Source: a virus
DNA length: 37,918 nt
Strand: one strand, 5' to 3'
Virus record (IMG/VR): IMGVR_UViG_3300008120_000397
A program made the position numbers and the translations under genes. The notes beneath the pieces are model-generated. The model made no database searches. It had not been told where the DNA came from and saw only the letters and a program-made list of their open reading frames with translations. Positions within the stretch are counted from its first letter, which is position 1. Each line of letters opens with the position of its first letter. Shown here piece by piece: positions 19,607 through 28,902 of the stretch.

Positions 19607-20911
19607 TCAGAACTCCCACATGATGTTGATGGCGCCAGCATCAAAAGTATCTGCCCCCCCGACATTGGTTAGTCTGACGCGATCCAATACGCCGCCTAAA
19701 CTAATCACACCGCCTGAAATATGTACGCTTACTGTTGCGGTTCCATCTGCCAAAATTGCTGAGCAAATCCAGGTATTACCAGATATATTCACAAGCCTTA
19801 TTGAACCAATGGAATTTTGTGCCGCTACTGCCGCGTAACCATGCAAAACAAAACCACTCGTCACATTGCCGGATGAATTGGTAGTGTTCCCCCCGTTGCC
19901 GATGCTGCCCGCATTTGAGGAATATCCGGAATTAGCTATAGACCCAGCGCCAATTTGTAGCAGCATTCGGTTGCTACCGTTGGTAGAAACCGCATTCAAA
20001 TTGATCGTAATGCGGCGCACCCCTGCCGGGATGTCAGTAAAATCAATCGCCGTGCCGCTTGTAGTTGCCTGTTCCGTGCCGCGATTGATACCCAACGAAA
20101 GCGCAGCGGCGGCGTTGCCGATGGGGATTTCCTCAATCGCGCCGCTGCCCGCCGTCACGCGGCCCAGCACGCGCGCTGTCGCCATTGAGTTTAGAAATGG
20201 CAACGCCGATGCGCGCTGGAACGCCGTCACCACCCAATTGCCAGACCCAAGCGAACTCGCCGTCGCGGTATCGCCCGCCGCCGTGGTGATGTTGGCGCCA
20301 CCCGGCAGGATCAGCGAGGTCCCGTTGTGTGTCAGCGTCAGCGCATCCGCAAAGCGCAATTGCCGCACCGTGCCGCTTGCAACCGTGCCGAACCCGGTAA
20401 TCGTCGTGGTGCCGGTAATTCGCAGATTATCTGTGGTTTGCGCGCCGAGATCGATCGTTGTCGCGCTGGCAAGGTCCACCCATGGCGCGGCGCTTTGCAA
20501 GCCATTCGCGCCAAACCGCGCAACCTCGGCACCGCCAACCGTGACGGCCAGCGTATCAGCGGCAGGCTGGAACAGGCCCGTATTGGTGTCACCCGACACA
20601 AACACGCCAGGCGCAGCCGCCGTCCCCGCAGTCACGCCAAGCGCGCCGGTCATGGTGGCGCCGGCCAAGGCTGCAACCTGCCCCAAAGCCGCCGCGTCAG
20701 TGTTGGCAATGGCATTACCAAGCCCGGTCAGGCGGAACCCGCCCATGGGGATGTTTGCCTGGGCGGGCGCCTGGCCATCGCGCGCCATGCTTTGCGTTAA
20801 AGCCGTGGCGATGTCATCCATTTCTGAATTGACCGTCGCCGCCGTGATCGTGGTGCCCGCCGTATATGGCGACACCGCTCGGTTATATGTGCCGGAACCG
20901 TTACGCGCCAT
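19607..20911 (-). CDS. Tail fibre protein
   Basis: The N-terminus MARNGSGTYNRAVSPYTAGTTITAATVNSEMDDIATALTQSMARDGQ is the conserved podovirus tail-fibre anchor motif. The body is Gly/Ala/Thr-rich and the C-terminal about 100 aa is AT-richer. An SD (ggag) lies upstream. Confidence 0.75.
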   Translation of the reverse strand: MARNGSGTYNRAVSPYTAGTTITAATVNSEMDDIATALTQSMARDGQAPAQANIPMGGFRLTGLGNAIANTDAAALGQVAALAGATMTGALGVTAGTAAAPGVFVSGDTNTGLFQPAADTLAVTVGGAEVARFGANGLQSAAPWVDLASATTIDLGAQTTDNLRITGTTTITGFGTVASGTVRQLRFADALTLTHNGTSLILPGGANITTAAGDTATASSLGSGNWVVTAFQRASALPFLNSMATARVLGRVTAGSGAIEEIPIGNAAAALSLGINRGTEQATTSGTAIDFTDIPAGVRRITINLNAVSTNGSNRMLLQIGAGSIANSGYSSNAGSIGNGGNTTNSSGNVTSGFVLHGYAAVAAQNSIGSIRLVNISGNTWICSAILADGTATVSVHISGGVISLGGVLDRVRLTNVGGADTFDAGAINIMWEF

Positions 20912-22623
20912 GCGTGTTCTCCATGACAGAATGCCCGCTTTGTGTTAGCCGATGGTGCGAGAAGCGCAGCAGCAAGGCCAGGACCGCCGAGCGGGGCAAT
21001 TTGCCGACCGGCGCCAGCTACAACGGCAGGGCGGTTTCCAAGTAGACTGCCTTGCAATATCCGCTGCATCGGGCTGGTGTAAAGCGCAGCAGCGCCAGCG
21101 CCGCCAATGACCGCGCCGGGCGCTAACCCTAAAGCTGCTGGCCCCCCTAACAATGCCCCGGCAAGCAACGCCCTTTCAGCCGTGCCGCTATCCGGCAATG
21201 TCCGGGGCATAACCGTTGCCGCCGCATCGCTCAAATCCTGCATCAGCGCATCACCGCGCGCATATTGGCTACGGCGCGGCCCGCCGCTAGTCATGGCTAC
21301 GGCTTGATTGAATTGCAGGGGCGTAAAAACGCCTTCCCGCGCGCCGGTTGAACTGGCGGCGCGTTCCATGCGGATATACTGAGCATATGCCCGATCTGCC
21401 GCTTGCACCTCTGGCGCAACCTGCGGATTGGTTCTTGAAAGCAGCCCACGAAAGGCGGTTTGCGCTTGCGCCAAAGCTTCGCCAAGGTTTTGATGGTTTG
21501 GGTCCGATGACCGCAAATAGCGTCGCACCTGAAAACCAAGCTGTTCATCAATGGCCTTGAATGCCTCACCATCAATGGCGCCTTTTTGTAGGTAGGGGTT
21601 AATCCTGTTTTGAAGGATTGCCGCAAAATCATCTTGCGCGCTTTTTGTGGTCGCCAATCGAGATGCGTCAATCAAATCTTGCCCGAATTGAGCATCAGGC
21701 CCGAAGGCTTGGATGCGCGGCAAAACCGAATCATAAGCGGCGCCGATCCGCTTATAAACCTCATCTACCAATTCGCGCCCTACCGGCGCGGCGTCGTCTA
21801 CCTTTTGCCCCAAAGGTTCCAAAACGCGATTGGCAACCGCACGATTGAAGGATGCCACGCCTTCCGCCTGTCGCCCACGAATTTGCGCGCCAACAATCGG
21901 AATAGACCCTAACCCCTCCTCCACACGTTGCGCGTATCCGCCTGCGATTTGGCCCGGCGTCAAAGATACGCCAGCCTCAGAAAGCGCAACCGCCTCCGGG
22001 CGCGCGGATGGCGCTTGGCGACCTTGCAGTAACCGTCCCGCGCCATAACTGACAGCACCGCCAGCCGCACCAGCGCCAGCGCCGATAAGCGCATTGCGCC
22101 TCATACCTTCGGCATAGTCGCCTTCCGTCACCGGTTGCAATGCGCCAAGCGTGGTGCCTTGAATGCCGCCGCTAACTACCGCTGGCGCCAAGCGTGTCGG
22201 GGCGGCTACCATGCCTGCCGGCAATGTGGAAACCACCTGCCCGCCAATGCGCGCCCAATCAATACCGGGATCAGGCCCGCGTGATGCTTGATAGGCTCGC
22301 TCGCGTTCGGCAATTCGCGCGTTAGCCTCTGCCGCCGTTTCCATCGGCACGGTTGCGGCGGCTTGTTCCATGATTGGCGCGATGTTTGGATTTCGGCGCA
22401 AAAAATCCATAACCCGATTTGCGCGGCCTTCGTTTACATTGGCGGTTAGCTGCTCAGCGCCTCGGAAAATGTCGCCTAGCCCTGTGGCGAAACGCTCACC
22501 AAAGGATGCGCGCAACGCGGCTGGCGCGAGGCGAACCTCTTCAAAGCCCGCCCAAGGATCGGCAGAACGCTCGGGACCGCTTACAACCTCAAAGCCTGCC
22601 CATGGATCAACTGCGCCGCTCAT
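20797..22623 (-). CDS. Internal virion (ejection) protein, 608 aa; the 3' end overlaps the tail fibre gene by 115 nt
   Basis: It is a large Ala/Gly-rich protein in the internal-protein block of a podovirus-type late operon, with hydrophobic Gly/Ala stretches near the C-terminus. Confidence 0.55.
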   Translation of the reverse strand: MSGAVDPWAGFEVVSGPERSADPWAGFEEVRLAPAALRASFGERFATGLGDIFRGAEQLTANVNEGRANRVMDFLRRNPNIAPIMEQAAATVPMETAAEANARIAERERAYQASRGPDPGIDWARIGGQVVSTLPAGMVAAPTRLAPAVVSGGIQGTTLGALQPVTEGDYAEGMRRNALIGAGAGAAGGAVSYGAGRLLQGRQAPSARPEAVALSEAGVSLTPGQIAGGYAQRVEEGLGSIPIVGAQIRGRQAEGVASFNRAVANRVLEPLGQKVDDAAPVGRELVDEVYKRIGAAYDSVLPRIQAFGPDAQFGQDLIDASRLATTKSAQDDFAAILQNRINPYLQKGAIDGEAFKAIDEQLGFQVRRYLRSSDPNHQNLGEALAQAQTAFRGLLSRTNPQVAPEVQAADRAYAQYIRMERAASSTGAREGVFTPLQFNQAVAMTSGGPRRSQYARGDALMQDLSDAAATVMPRTLPDSGTAERALLAGALLGGPAALGLAPGAVIGGAGAAALYTSPMQRILQGSLLGNRPAVVAGAGRQIAPLGGPGLAAALLAPSANTKRAFCHGEHAWRVTVPAHITERCRHIRRAPRSRRRRSIQKWMTSPRL

Positions 22624-24152
22624 TGTCCAGGCACCTTCAAAATGCGCCCATCAGGCGTGCGAAATTGCGTGCCGGGCGGAAGCGTTGCCGCCTCGGATGG
22701 GCTACGAATAAGGGGAAGGTCCGCCGGCGGCGATGCGCTAAAACCGCCACGCGCATTCGGAACGGCGCCGCGAGTATCACCCGGCCCCACTGCCTCCGCA
22801 TCCCGCGAAAACAAAGGCGCGATGATGTTGTTATCAATGATGCCGGGCAGTATTTCATCTTGGAAGCGGCGGGCGCTTGTCATGTTATCCCCATTTTCGC
22901 GCCGCCATTGCCGCCAAGCCGCGCCAATTTCACGGTCACGAAGCGCAGCCGCGCGCAGCACCTCAGAAATGACGGTGTTACCTTGGGGCGTGTTCATCAA
23001 TCCCGGCAAAGATTCCCGCAGGGCGTTCATATCCGCATTGGAGAAATTTTGCGTCGGGAAACCGCCCGGCCCAAGCTGAGCCGTCAAAAGCTGCATCGTT
23101 AAAGATCGAATGCCTTCGCCCGATGCAATTTGGTCTTTACCAATACCCAAGCCTTCAAGAACGCTATTCGGAATATTCAACTGTTGGGCGACTTGCCCGG
23201 CAGTTAGGCGCGCGTTAGCCAATGCGCCGGTTTGGAACCGCTGGTTAAGCCTTTCCAGCCGCGCAACACGGTCCAAGGTTGTCGCGGCGCGCGTGTCCGC
23301 GCCTTCCCATGCGCCAACCGTTTCCGCTGTGGTTTTGGCGCGTTCCTTGTCATAAGTCGTGTCGCTTGCGGGCATATTGATGTTTGTCGAAGGCGGCAAA
23401 CCCCGCCTTGCAATCATATCGCGTGCCGCTTGAACTCTCTCCGGTGCCCCGGGCGGCAAATTAGCCTCTTGGAAAAGTTTCTCAAGCTCAGTCGGCGCGG
23501 GCGGCGCGCGATTGGCAAGCCTAAACCGCCGCTCTTCGTCACGCTCCTGCGCCCGCAAGGCTAAGTCCTCTTGACGCTGCGCTTGCTGGAATAGCATCTG
23601 CGCCGTGGCCCGGACGCGCGGGCTGCTGGAAGACATGCCCGCGATGATTGCCTGCATATTCACACCACCCCCCGGCTGCGCTGCGCCACCTGCCGGCACG
23701 GGCGGGGGCATTCCCTGTGCGGCACCGCCCTGCGCGGGCTGCCCAGGCTGCCCAGGCGGGTTCATCAGCGCTTGCGCCATGGGCGGCGCCTCTGCACCAA
23801 TCGGCACGGGCGGGGGCAGTGAACCCGGCGGCGTGGCAAGCGCGCTTTGCGTTGCTGGCGCGGCTTGGCCAGCAGGCATTCCGCCGCCCATCAGGGCGCG
23901 CACTTCTTCTTCTTCACGGGCGCGCTGAGCCTCGGCAAGCGCGCGGATTTTTTCGTCTTCCCGGTAGCCCATATATCCGGCGATTAGGGCTTGCCCCATC
24001 TGCGCCAAGCCGCCCGCGTGTCCGCCGACGTTACGCGGCTTCACGGCCTGCCCAAGCAATTCTTCCGCAAACCGCTGGCGCCTGGCAGCCGAAGCCAATT
24101 CAGGATTTTGCAGGAAAAGCGCGCTTTCGCCGCGCCCAAAACTTTCGCTCAT
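22620..24152 (-). CDS. Internal virion protein, 510 aa
   Basis: It contains a Pro/Ala/Gln/Gly-rich linker (PPGQPGQPAQGGAAQGMPPPVPAGG). The call rests on position between other internal proteins. Confidence 0.5.
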   Translation of the reverse strand: MSESFGRGESALFLQNPELASAARRQRFAEELLGQAVKPRNVGGHAGGLAQMGQALIAGYMGYREDEKIRALAEAQRAREEEEVRALMGGGMPAGQAAPATQSALATPPGSLPPPVPIGAEAPPMAQALMNPPGQPGQPAQGGAAQGMPPPVPAGGAAQPGGGVNMQAIIAGMSSSSPRVRATAQMLFQQAQRQEDLALRAQERDEERRFRLANRAPPAPTELEKLFQEANLPPGAPERVQAARDMIARRGLPPSTNINMPASDTTYDKERAKTTAETVGAWEGADTRAATTLDRVARLERLNQRFQTGALANARLTAGQVAQQLNIPNSVLEGLGIGKDQIASGEGIRSLTMQLLTAQLGPGGFPTQNFSNADMNALRESLPGLMNTPQGNTVISEVLRAAALRDREIGAAWRQWRRENGDNMTSARRFQDEILPGIIDNNIIAPLFSRDAEAVGPGDTRGAVPNARGGFSASPPADLPLIRSPSEAATLPPGTQFRTPDGRILKVPGQ

Positions 24153-24155
24153 GGT

Positions 24156-25055
24156 TTAACGCCCTCCTGCCGGCGCCGGTTTTTGGGGCAATCCACCGCC
24201 ACCACCAAAACCACCAAAACCACCGCGCGCCCATCCACCAAGCGCCGCCGATCCAAGCCCGTAAATCCCGCCAAGTTGCGTCTGGTAATTCTGCGACCGC
24301 TGGTTGTATGCCGCCTGTTGGCCCGCCTGCTGCATCTGCACCGCGCCCATGTAATCGGTCGGCGCCACGTTTGTCTGCGGCGTGTTCACAAAGGAAGGCG
24401 ACCCCACCATCTGCCCGGTCAGCAGCGCCGTCGCCTCGTTGATCGGCTGTCCGCGCAAGGCAAGCTGTTCCTGCAACCGCTGCGCCCGCAATGCCGCCAT
24501 GCGGTTTTCTTCCTGCCCAGCCGCGCCAACAATGGCAAGGCGCTGGTCCGCCACCTGTTGCTCATAATCACTCATGGCGTTGCGGTAAGCCTCAGAACCA
24601 AGCATGATTCCTTGATTGGCAAGGCGGTTTTCCATTTCCGCCCGGTCCCGATCAAGCTGTGGTTGCAAGCGCTCCATCAGTGCGGTTTCCACCGCATCGC
24701 GGCCCATTGCCGTGTCGCCATACGCGCCGGGATCAAACTGGAATGGTCGGCCAAGCTGTTCCTGCACCGCGCCAAGCTGCCGCACCGCCGCCGTGCCGTA
24801 AAGCGATTGCGCTTGGTTAGAAAGGTTCAGCGCCTCTTGTTCGGCAGGCGATAGCGTTTGCGTGGCGGTAAAGCGCGGCGTCCCGTCCGCCCAAGTGCCC
24901 GCCTGGGCATATTCCAAGCTGCCATAGGGCGTGTATTGATTGACGGCATTCAAGCCAAATTGCGTGATCGCGGTTTGCCGATTGGTATTCGCCTGCGCCG
25001 CCGCCGTGGCGGCAGGATCAATCGCCGGAGGCGCGCTAGGTGCCTTCTTACCCAT
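24156..25055 (-). CDS. Internal virion protein, 299 aa
   Basis: The ATG at 25055 is preceded by aaggag. It has a Gln-rich coiled region and a C-terminal Gly-rich tail (GGFGGFGGGGG). Confidence 0.5.
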   Translation of the reverse strand: MGKKAPSAPPAIDPAATAAAQANTNRQTAITQFGLNAVNQYTPYGSLEYAQAGTWADGTPRFTATQTLSPAEQEALNLSNQAQSLYGTAAVRQLGAVQEQLGRPFQFDPGAYGDTAMGRDAVETALMERLQPQLDRDRAEMENRLANQGIMLGSEAYRNAMSDYEQQVADQRLAIVGAAGQEENRMAALRAQRLQEQLALRGQPINEATALLTGQMVGSPSFVNTPQTNVAPTDYMGAVQMQQAGQQAAYNQRSQNYQTQLGGIYGLGSAALGGWARGGFGGFGGGGGLPQKPAPAGGR

Positions 25056-25509
25056 GGTGAACAGTCTCCTTATACCACCGCGACCGCTGCCACTCGCTTC
25101 GCAGCATCGCACAAACCACCGCATGAACCTTTGGCCCAAAATGGTGCCGAAGCGTGGCCTCTGGCTTCAAGCCAATGCCCCTGTTAAAGCGCAGCGCCCG
25201 CGCCGCATTGTGCGGGCTTGCGGCCCATAGCTTGTTCGCCCGCGCCACCCCGAAGGCATAGCCAAAGATGCCCGCCAAGGCTTCGCGCCCGGCCCAGCGT
25301 GGCGTCTCGGCTGCAATGGACGCCTGCAACGTGCGGGCCTGATCCTGCCAATCGTGAAACACCACAACCGCCGCCACATGATCGCCGTGCAGCACCGCCG
25401 CCGCCTGGCATGGGCCAAACCCATCAGCCCCGACATGCTCAATCCGGCGCCCGCACCATTGCGCCAGGGCTTCATTTTCGCGCGCATCGCGTGGCCAGAA
25501 CAGCGTCAT
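25048..25509 (-). CDS. GNAT-family N-acetyltransferase-like protein embedded in the structural operon
   Basis: 153 aa. The beta-strand/helix pattern ends in ...NAARALRFNRGIGLKPEATLRHHF, which resembles RimJ/RimL-type acetyltransferases. It is ATGA-coupled to the upstream tail gene. Confidence 0.45.
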   Translation of the reverse strand: MTLFWPRDARENEALAQWCGRRIEHVGADGFGPCQAAAVLHGDHVAAVVVFHDWQDQARTLQASIAAETPRWAGREALAGIFGYAFGVARANKLWAASPHNAARALRFNRGIGLKPEATLRHHFGPKVHAVVCAMLRSEWQRSRWYKETVHHG

Positions 25510-27041
25510 AGCGCGGTCGCCTGCGCTGGTTCTATTAGCACGTCAAAGGCAATGACGGCCATGGTCGCGCCTTGGCTTGTCATCTTCATTCGCACCGCCG
25601 CGCAACGGCCAAGCGCGTGAACGCCGATCCATTGTTGCGTCACCTGTTCATCATCAGCCGCCCAGACATCCACATCCCAAACCGCCGTATCCCAAAGCGC
25701 CCCAAATGCCGTGAAGCTAGGCGAACCTGTCGGTTCGCTATTGCCGAAATCCACATCAAGCGTAATGCGCGGCGCCGGCGCCCCATTGGAAAGGAACGTC
25801 GGTCGCAGCATCGTGAAACGCTTCAGGCCGCCACGATCCTTGAAATACTGAAACGCAGTTTTCATGTCTGAGGCAATATCGGCGCCATTGTCAGTGCCGC
25901 CCACATCGGCCCGAAAAACCTGGGTTGAACCGCCGAAGTAAATCTCGTCCCCAAGCATAGACCATGAAAAAGCGTTCTGCCCGGTAAAGCGGCACCAAGC
26001 GCCGGTAATCGTGTTCATCACAAGTTGGACGCTTTGCGTGGCCGAGATCGGCACGTTGAACAGGCCCCAATTCCCCGCCGGATAGCTGATAGCTTGCCAG
26101 CCGAAATTGGCCCGATACGCCCGCACATAGGTCGAAAACAATTCCCGGATGCGGTCAGTGATGGTTGCCGTATTTGCGGCGGCGCGGTCCACATTTATGG
26201 CCTGCAAAAGCGAAATGACACCATCATCCGTAATCAGCGCAGCATCGCCGCCAACCCGAAGGAATGCCCGGTCGCCAATCGGCGCCCCCACGCGAAACAC
26301 GCCAATCAAGGCCCATTCGGAAGCCGTGCCAGGATCAGTGCCTTGGTAAATGGCGACCTCGCCCTTGTCACTCACGAAAGCAAGAAAGTCATCCGGCCCG
26401 CTTCCTGCGTCTTGCGAAAGCGGAATGATGGCCTTCACCTTGCCGCCCATGCGAAACACCGCGCCAAGCGGGAATGCAGTCGCATTGCCAGAAATCGCCT
26501 TAGTCGCCAGATACCAAGCGTTCGCGCTATCTTTTTCAATCATCCACAGCCGCTCTTTGTGGGATGTCAGGCCGATGATGCTGGCAGAAGAAACGCTATT
26601 GATGGTCGGCGTTGTCCAAGTGGTGCCATTATAGGCGCGCATTGCATCTGCGCCATTGCAGCAGACAAGGAACGTGCCGCCTGATGTGGTTTTCACCACA
26701 TGCTGCCAGCGTGCGTTGCTCAATCCTGAAACCACCGCCGCGCCAACCGCGCCAGGTGTAGTCACGTCATAAATGCCGCTGTCTGAAACCGCGAAAAGAC
26801 TATTCGTGCTTCCACTGGAATACTGCATCAGCGTTTCGACATTACCCGGCAGGCCCGTGACATGGGTTTGGTGCCCGAGCCGTAGCACCACGTCATTTGC
26901 GCGCGGGAACCAGTTATCAAGCGTGATAGCGTCCGCCGCGTCCATAGACGCCAGCGCATCGCGCGCATTTAACCCTTGCACTGGGGGCGGAATAGACACC
27001 ACCCGCGCCGTGCCAGCGCCCTGCTTGGTGGGGCGGATCAT
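25506..27041 (-). CDS. Tail hub/nozzle-type structural protein (511 aa)
   Basis: The call rests on size and position after the adaptor. The sequence is beta-rich and propeller-like. The ATG at 27041 forms an ATGA overlap. Confidence 0.45.
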   Translation of the reverse strand: MIRPTKQGAGTARVVSIPPPVQGLNARDALASMDAADAITLDNWFPRANDVVLRLGHQTHVTGLPGNVETLMQYSSGSTNSLFAVSDSGIYDVTTPGAVGAAVVSGLSNARWQHVVKTTSGGTFLVCCNGADAMRAYNGTTWTTPTINSVSSASIIGLTSHKERLWMIEKDSANAWYLATKAISGNATAFPLGAVFRMGGKVKAIIPLSQDAGSGPDDFLAFVSDKGEVAIYQGTDPGTASEWALIGVFRVGAPIGDRAFLRVGGDAALITDDGVISLLQAINVDRAAANTATITDRIRELFSTYVRAYRANFGWQAISYPAGNWGLFNVPISATQSVQLVMNTITGAWCRFTGQNAFSWSMLGDEIYFGGSTQVFRADVGGTDNGADIASDMKTAFQYFKDRGGLKRFTMLRPTFLSNGAPAPRITLDVDFGNSEPTGSPSFTAFGALWDTAVWDVDVWAADDEQVTQQWIGVHALGRCAAVRMKMTSQGATMAVIAFDVLIEPAQATAL

Positions 27042-27742
27042 AGCGGCCAAGATCCGTCTTGAATGCTCGGCACGCGCGGCGCGGTGTCATACTGTCCGCC
27101 CATGCTGACCGTGCGCTTGCCGCCGTCGCGGCCAATGGCCTGGTTCACTTGCGCCTGATATTCCTGCAATTCGTCATTGTATGGCAGGCGGTTGCGCTTC
27201 AGCCATCGCCAGATGATGCCGAGCGTGATCAATTCTTCGCTTAGAAGCGCCGTGTTAGCGTCCGCCGCCCAAGCATCAGCCTCGCCTAGCCCGTCGCCAT
27301 TCGTGTCAACCCAAAAGCGCGAAACATACTCAAATCGGATATTCTCGCCCGCCGGCGGGTTTGGGATGATCAGGAAGGCGTTACCGCGTTGGCGGAAATG
27401 CAACCACGGCGGACCGACAAGCGAAGCCTTCAACTGCTGCCATTGTTGCGGGTCAACCGGCCCGATCAAACTCCGGTTTTGCGTGTAATTCCAGGCGGTT
27501 TCATTTATGAAGCGGTCGAAGTCAGCCGGGATTGCGCCCGGCTGCGTTTCGGCTGCAACCGTGGTGAAGCTGCTTTCTTGCGTCAGGTTCTGCCATGCCA
27601 CCCGCCGCGCCAATTCGCGCCCTTCTTGCGTGGCCAAGGCGCGCATGACGCGGATCGTCTCGTCGTTAGACGACATGACCGCGCCCGGCATTGGAATGCC
27701 AAGCCTATCGCAAGCCGCTTGAACCAGCGTGAGTAGTGACAT
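27038..27742 (-). CDS. Head-tail adaptor-like structural protein (234 aa)
   Basis: The N-terminus MSLLTLVQAACDRLGIPMPGAVMSSNDETIRVMRALATQEGRELA is typical of podovirus adaptor-type proteins. It lies between the capsid block and the tail hub. Confidence 0.45.
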   Translation of the reverse strand: MSLLTLVQAACDRLGIPMPGAVMSSNDETIRVMRALATQEGRELARRVAWQNLTQESSFTTVAAETQPGAIPADFDRFINETAWNYTQNRSLIGPVDPQQWQQLKASLVGPPWLHFRQRGNAFLIIPNPPAGENIRFEYVSRFWVDTNGDGLGEADAWAADANTALLSEELITLGIIWRWLKRNRLPYNDELQEYQAQVNQAIGRDGGKRTVSMGGQYDTAPRVPSIQDGSWPL

Positions 27743-27753
27743 TTCCGCACCCC

Positions 27754-28347
27754 TTACCCAAGCGCCGCCGCTACGCCTTCAGGCTTACGGCTGCGTAATT
27801 TTCCAGCATCCTTAGCCATTTCATCGGACAATCTCAGCGCATCATCGCGCTCTTTCCGCATGGCTTGCACTTGCTCGCGCAGCTCCGCCAATTCTTGCGA
27901 TACCGGCGCCAGATTGGCCCGCGTATCAAGCAACGCCTTGGCTTTGGCGCGCATTCCGATGATGCCGGGGATCGGCAGCTTATTCAGCGCCGCTTCTTCC
28001 GCATTCGCCAAATCTTCGACGCTGCGGATTTCAACCTGCGCCAGAACGCGGACCATTTCCTTTGTAGCGAATGGCGCAGCATCCAAAGGCATTCCGATGA
28101 CCGGCGCATCTTGGCCTTCCTTCCAACGCTCGTAATAGGGCTTGATCACTGCCCAAATTTCTTCACCAACCATGCCCTTCTTCAACCGTGACACCTTCTC
28201 GGCAACAGTTGACCGCATGGAATCGCCTTTCTTCACCCATCGCACCCAATCGGATGCTTTCAGGTCTGCGCCTTCGCCAGTGTATTCGGTCCAGAACTCA
28301 ATCGGCATTATGGCCACGGGCTCGCGGCTTTGTCCGGTTCCACTCAT
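27754..28347 (-). CDS. Hypothetical structural-module protein (197 aa)
   Basis: An SD (ggaga) lies 8 nt upstream. It has an HhH-like segment (SVEDLANAEEAALNKLPIPGIIGMRAKAKALL). Confidence 0.55.
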   Translation of the reverse strand: MSGTGQSREPVAIMPIEFWTEYTGEGADLKASDWVRWVKKGDSMRSTVAEKVSRLKKGMVGEEIWAVIKPYYERWKEGQDAPVIGMPLDAAPFATKEMVRVLAQVEIRSVEDLANAEEAALNKLPIPGIIGMRAKAKALLDTRANLAPVSQELAELREQVQAMRKERDDALRLSDEMAKDAGKLRSRKPEGVAAALG

Positions 28348-28354
28348 AAGGTCA

Positions 28355-28391
28355 TCTCCAAAAGAAAGGCCGGGGATTGATTTCCCCGGCC
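28355..28391 (-). terminator. Rho-independent terminator or attenuator after the capsid and decoration genes
   Basis: On the minus strand: GGCCGGGGA-aaucaa-UCCCCGGCC, a perfect 9-bp stem, followed by UUUCUUUUGG. Confidence 0.7.
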
Positions 28392-28401
28392 CCGTTGATT
28401 A

Positions 28402-28884
28402 TCAGATCGTCACGCCCTGGATGGCGTAGTTAAGCACGGCAGGCGCCGTGCCAGCGCTAGCACCGCGCGCAGTCGTCAGGAAGATGCCATCACAGGTAAA
28501 GGAACCCGATGTGCCATCATCATCAAGCTGCCCTGCCGTGGCAGTCGTGTTCAAGCGCACATTGGCAGCGCAAGACGCCGCTACCTGCACGCTGCACACG
28601 CCCTTCACTTGCACCCAACCGTAGCTGCTGGCGGCAATGGCGACGGGCGCCACGCCAAGCAGATCACCGCGCGCGTCGTTCGACGTGCTGACCATGACGG
28701 CGCCATAGGCCTCGTCAATGGTTGCCACGAAGTTTGCCGTGATCCCGCCAGAACCAGCCAAGACAAACACATATTCGTTGCCAAGCTGGTCAATGTGACG
28801 GTCGCCAAGACCGAAGCCTTTGCCTTGCGACAATTCGTTGGCGGTGAAAGAGTTGAGAATATCAACCCCAATCAAAGTAGTCAT
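28402..28884 (-). CDS. Head decoration/cement protein (DUF2190-like)
   Basis: It lies immediately downstream of the major capsid gene. LGVAPVAIAASSYGWVQVKGVCSVQV resembles the DUF2190 jelly-roll decoration family. Confidence 0.5.
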   Translation of the reverse strand: MTTLIGVDILNSFTANELSQGKGFGLGDRHIDQLGNEYVFVLAGSGGITANFVATIDEAYGAVMVSTSNDARGDLLGVAPVAIAASSYGWVQVKGVCSVQVAASCAANVRLNTTATAGQLDDDGTSGSFTCDGIFLTTARGASAGTAPAVLNYAIQGVTI

Positions 28885-28902
28885 GTGTCGTTCTCCTTTC
28901 GA

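Noticed and set aside
19866-20948. A 360-aa plus-strand ORF antisense to the tail fibre gene. Many similar Arg/Pro/Ala-rich antisense ORFs exist, for example 241..1080, 2597..3391, 6205..6804, 6812..7597, 23648..24442 and 23991..24854.
   Set aside because: These are typical stop-poor antisense frames of a high-GC genome. The opposite strand carries ORFs with clear motifs (terminase, primase, fibre and others) and translational coupling.
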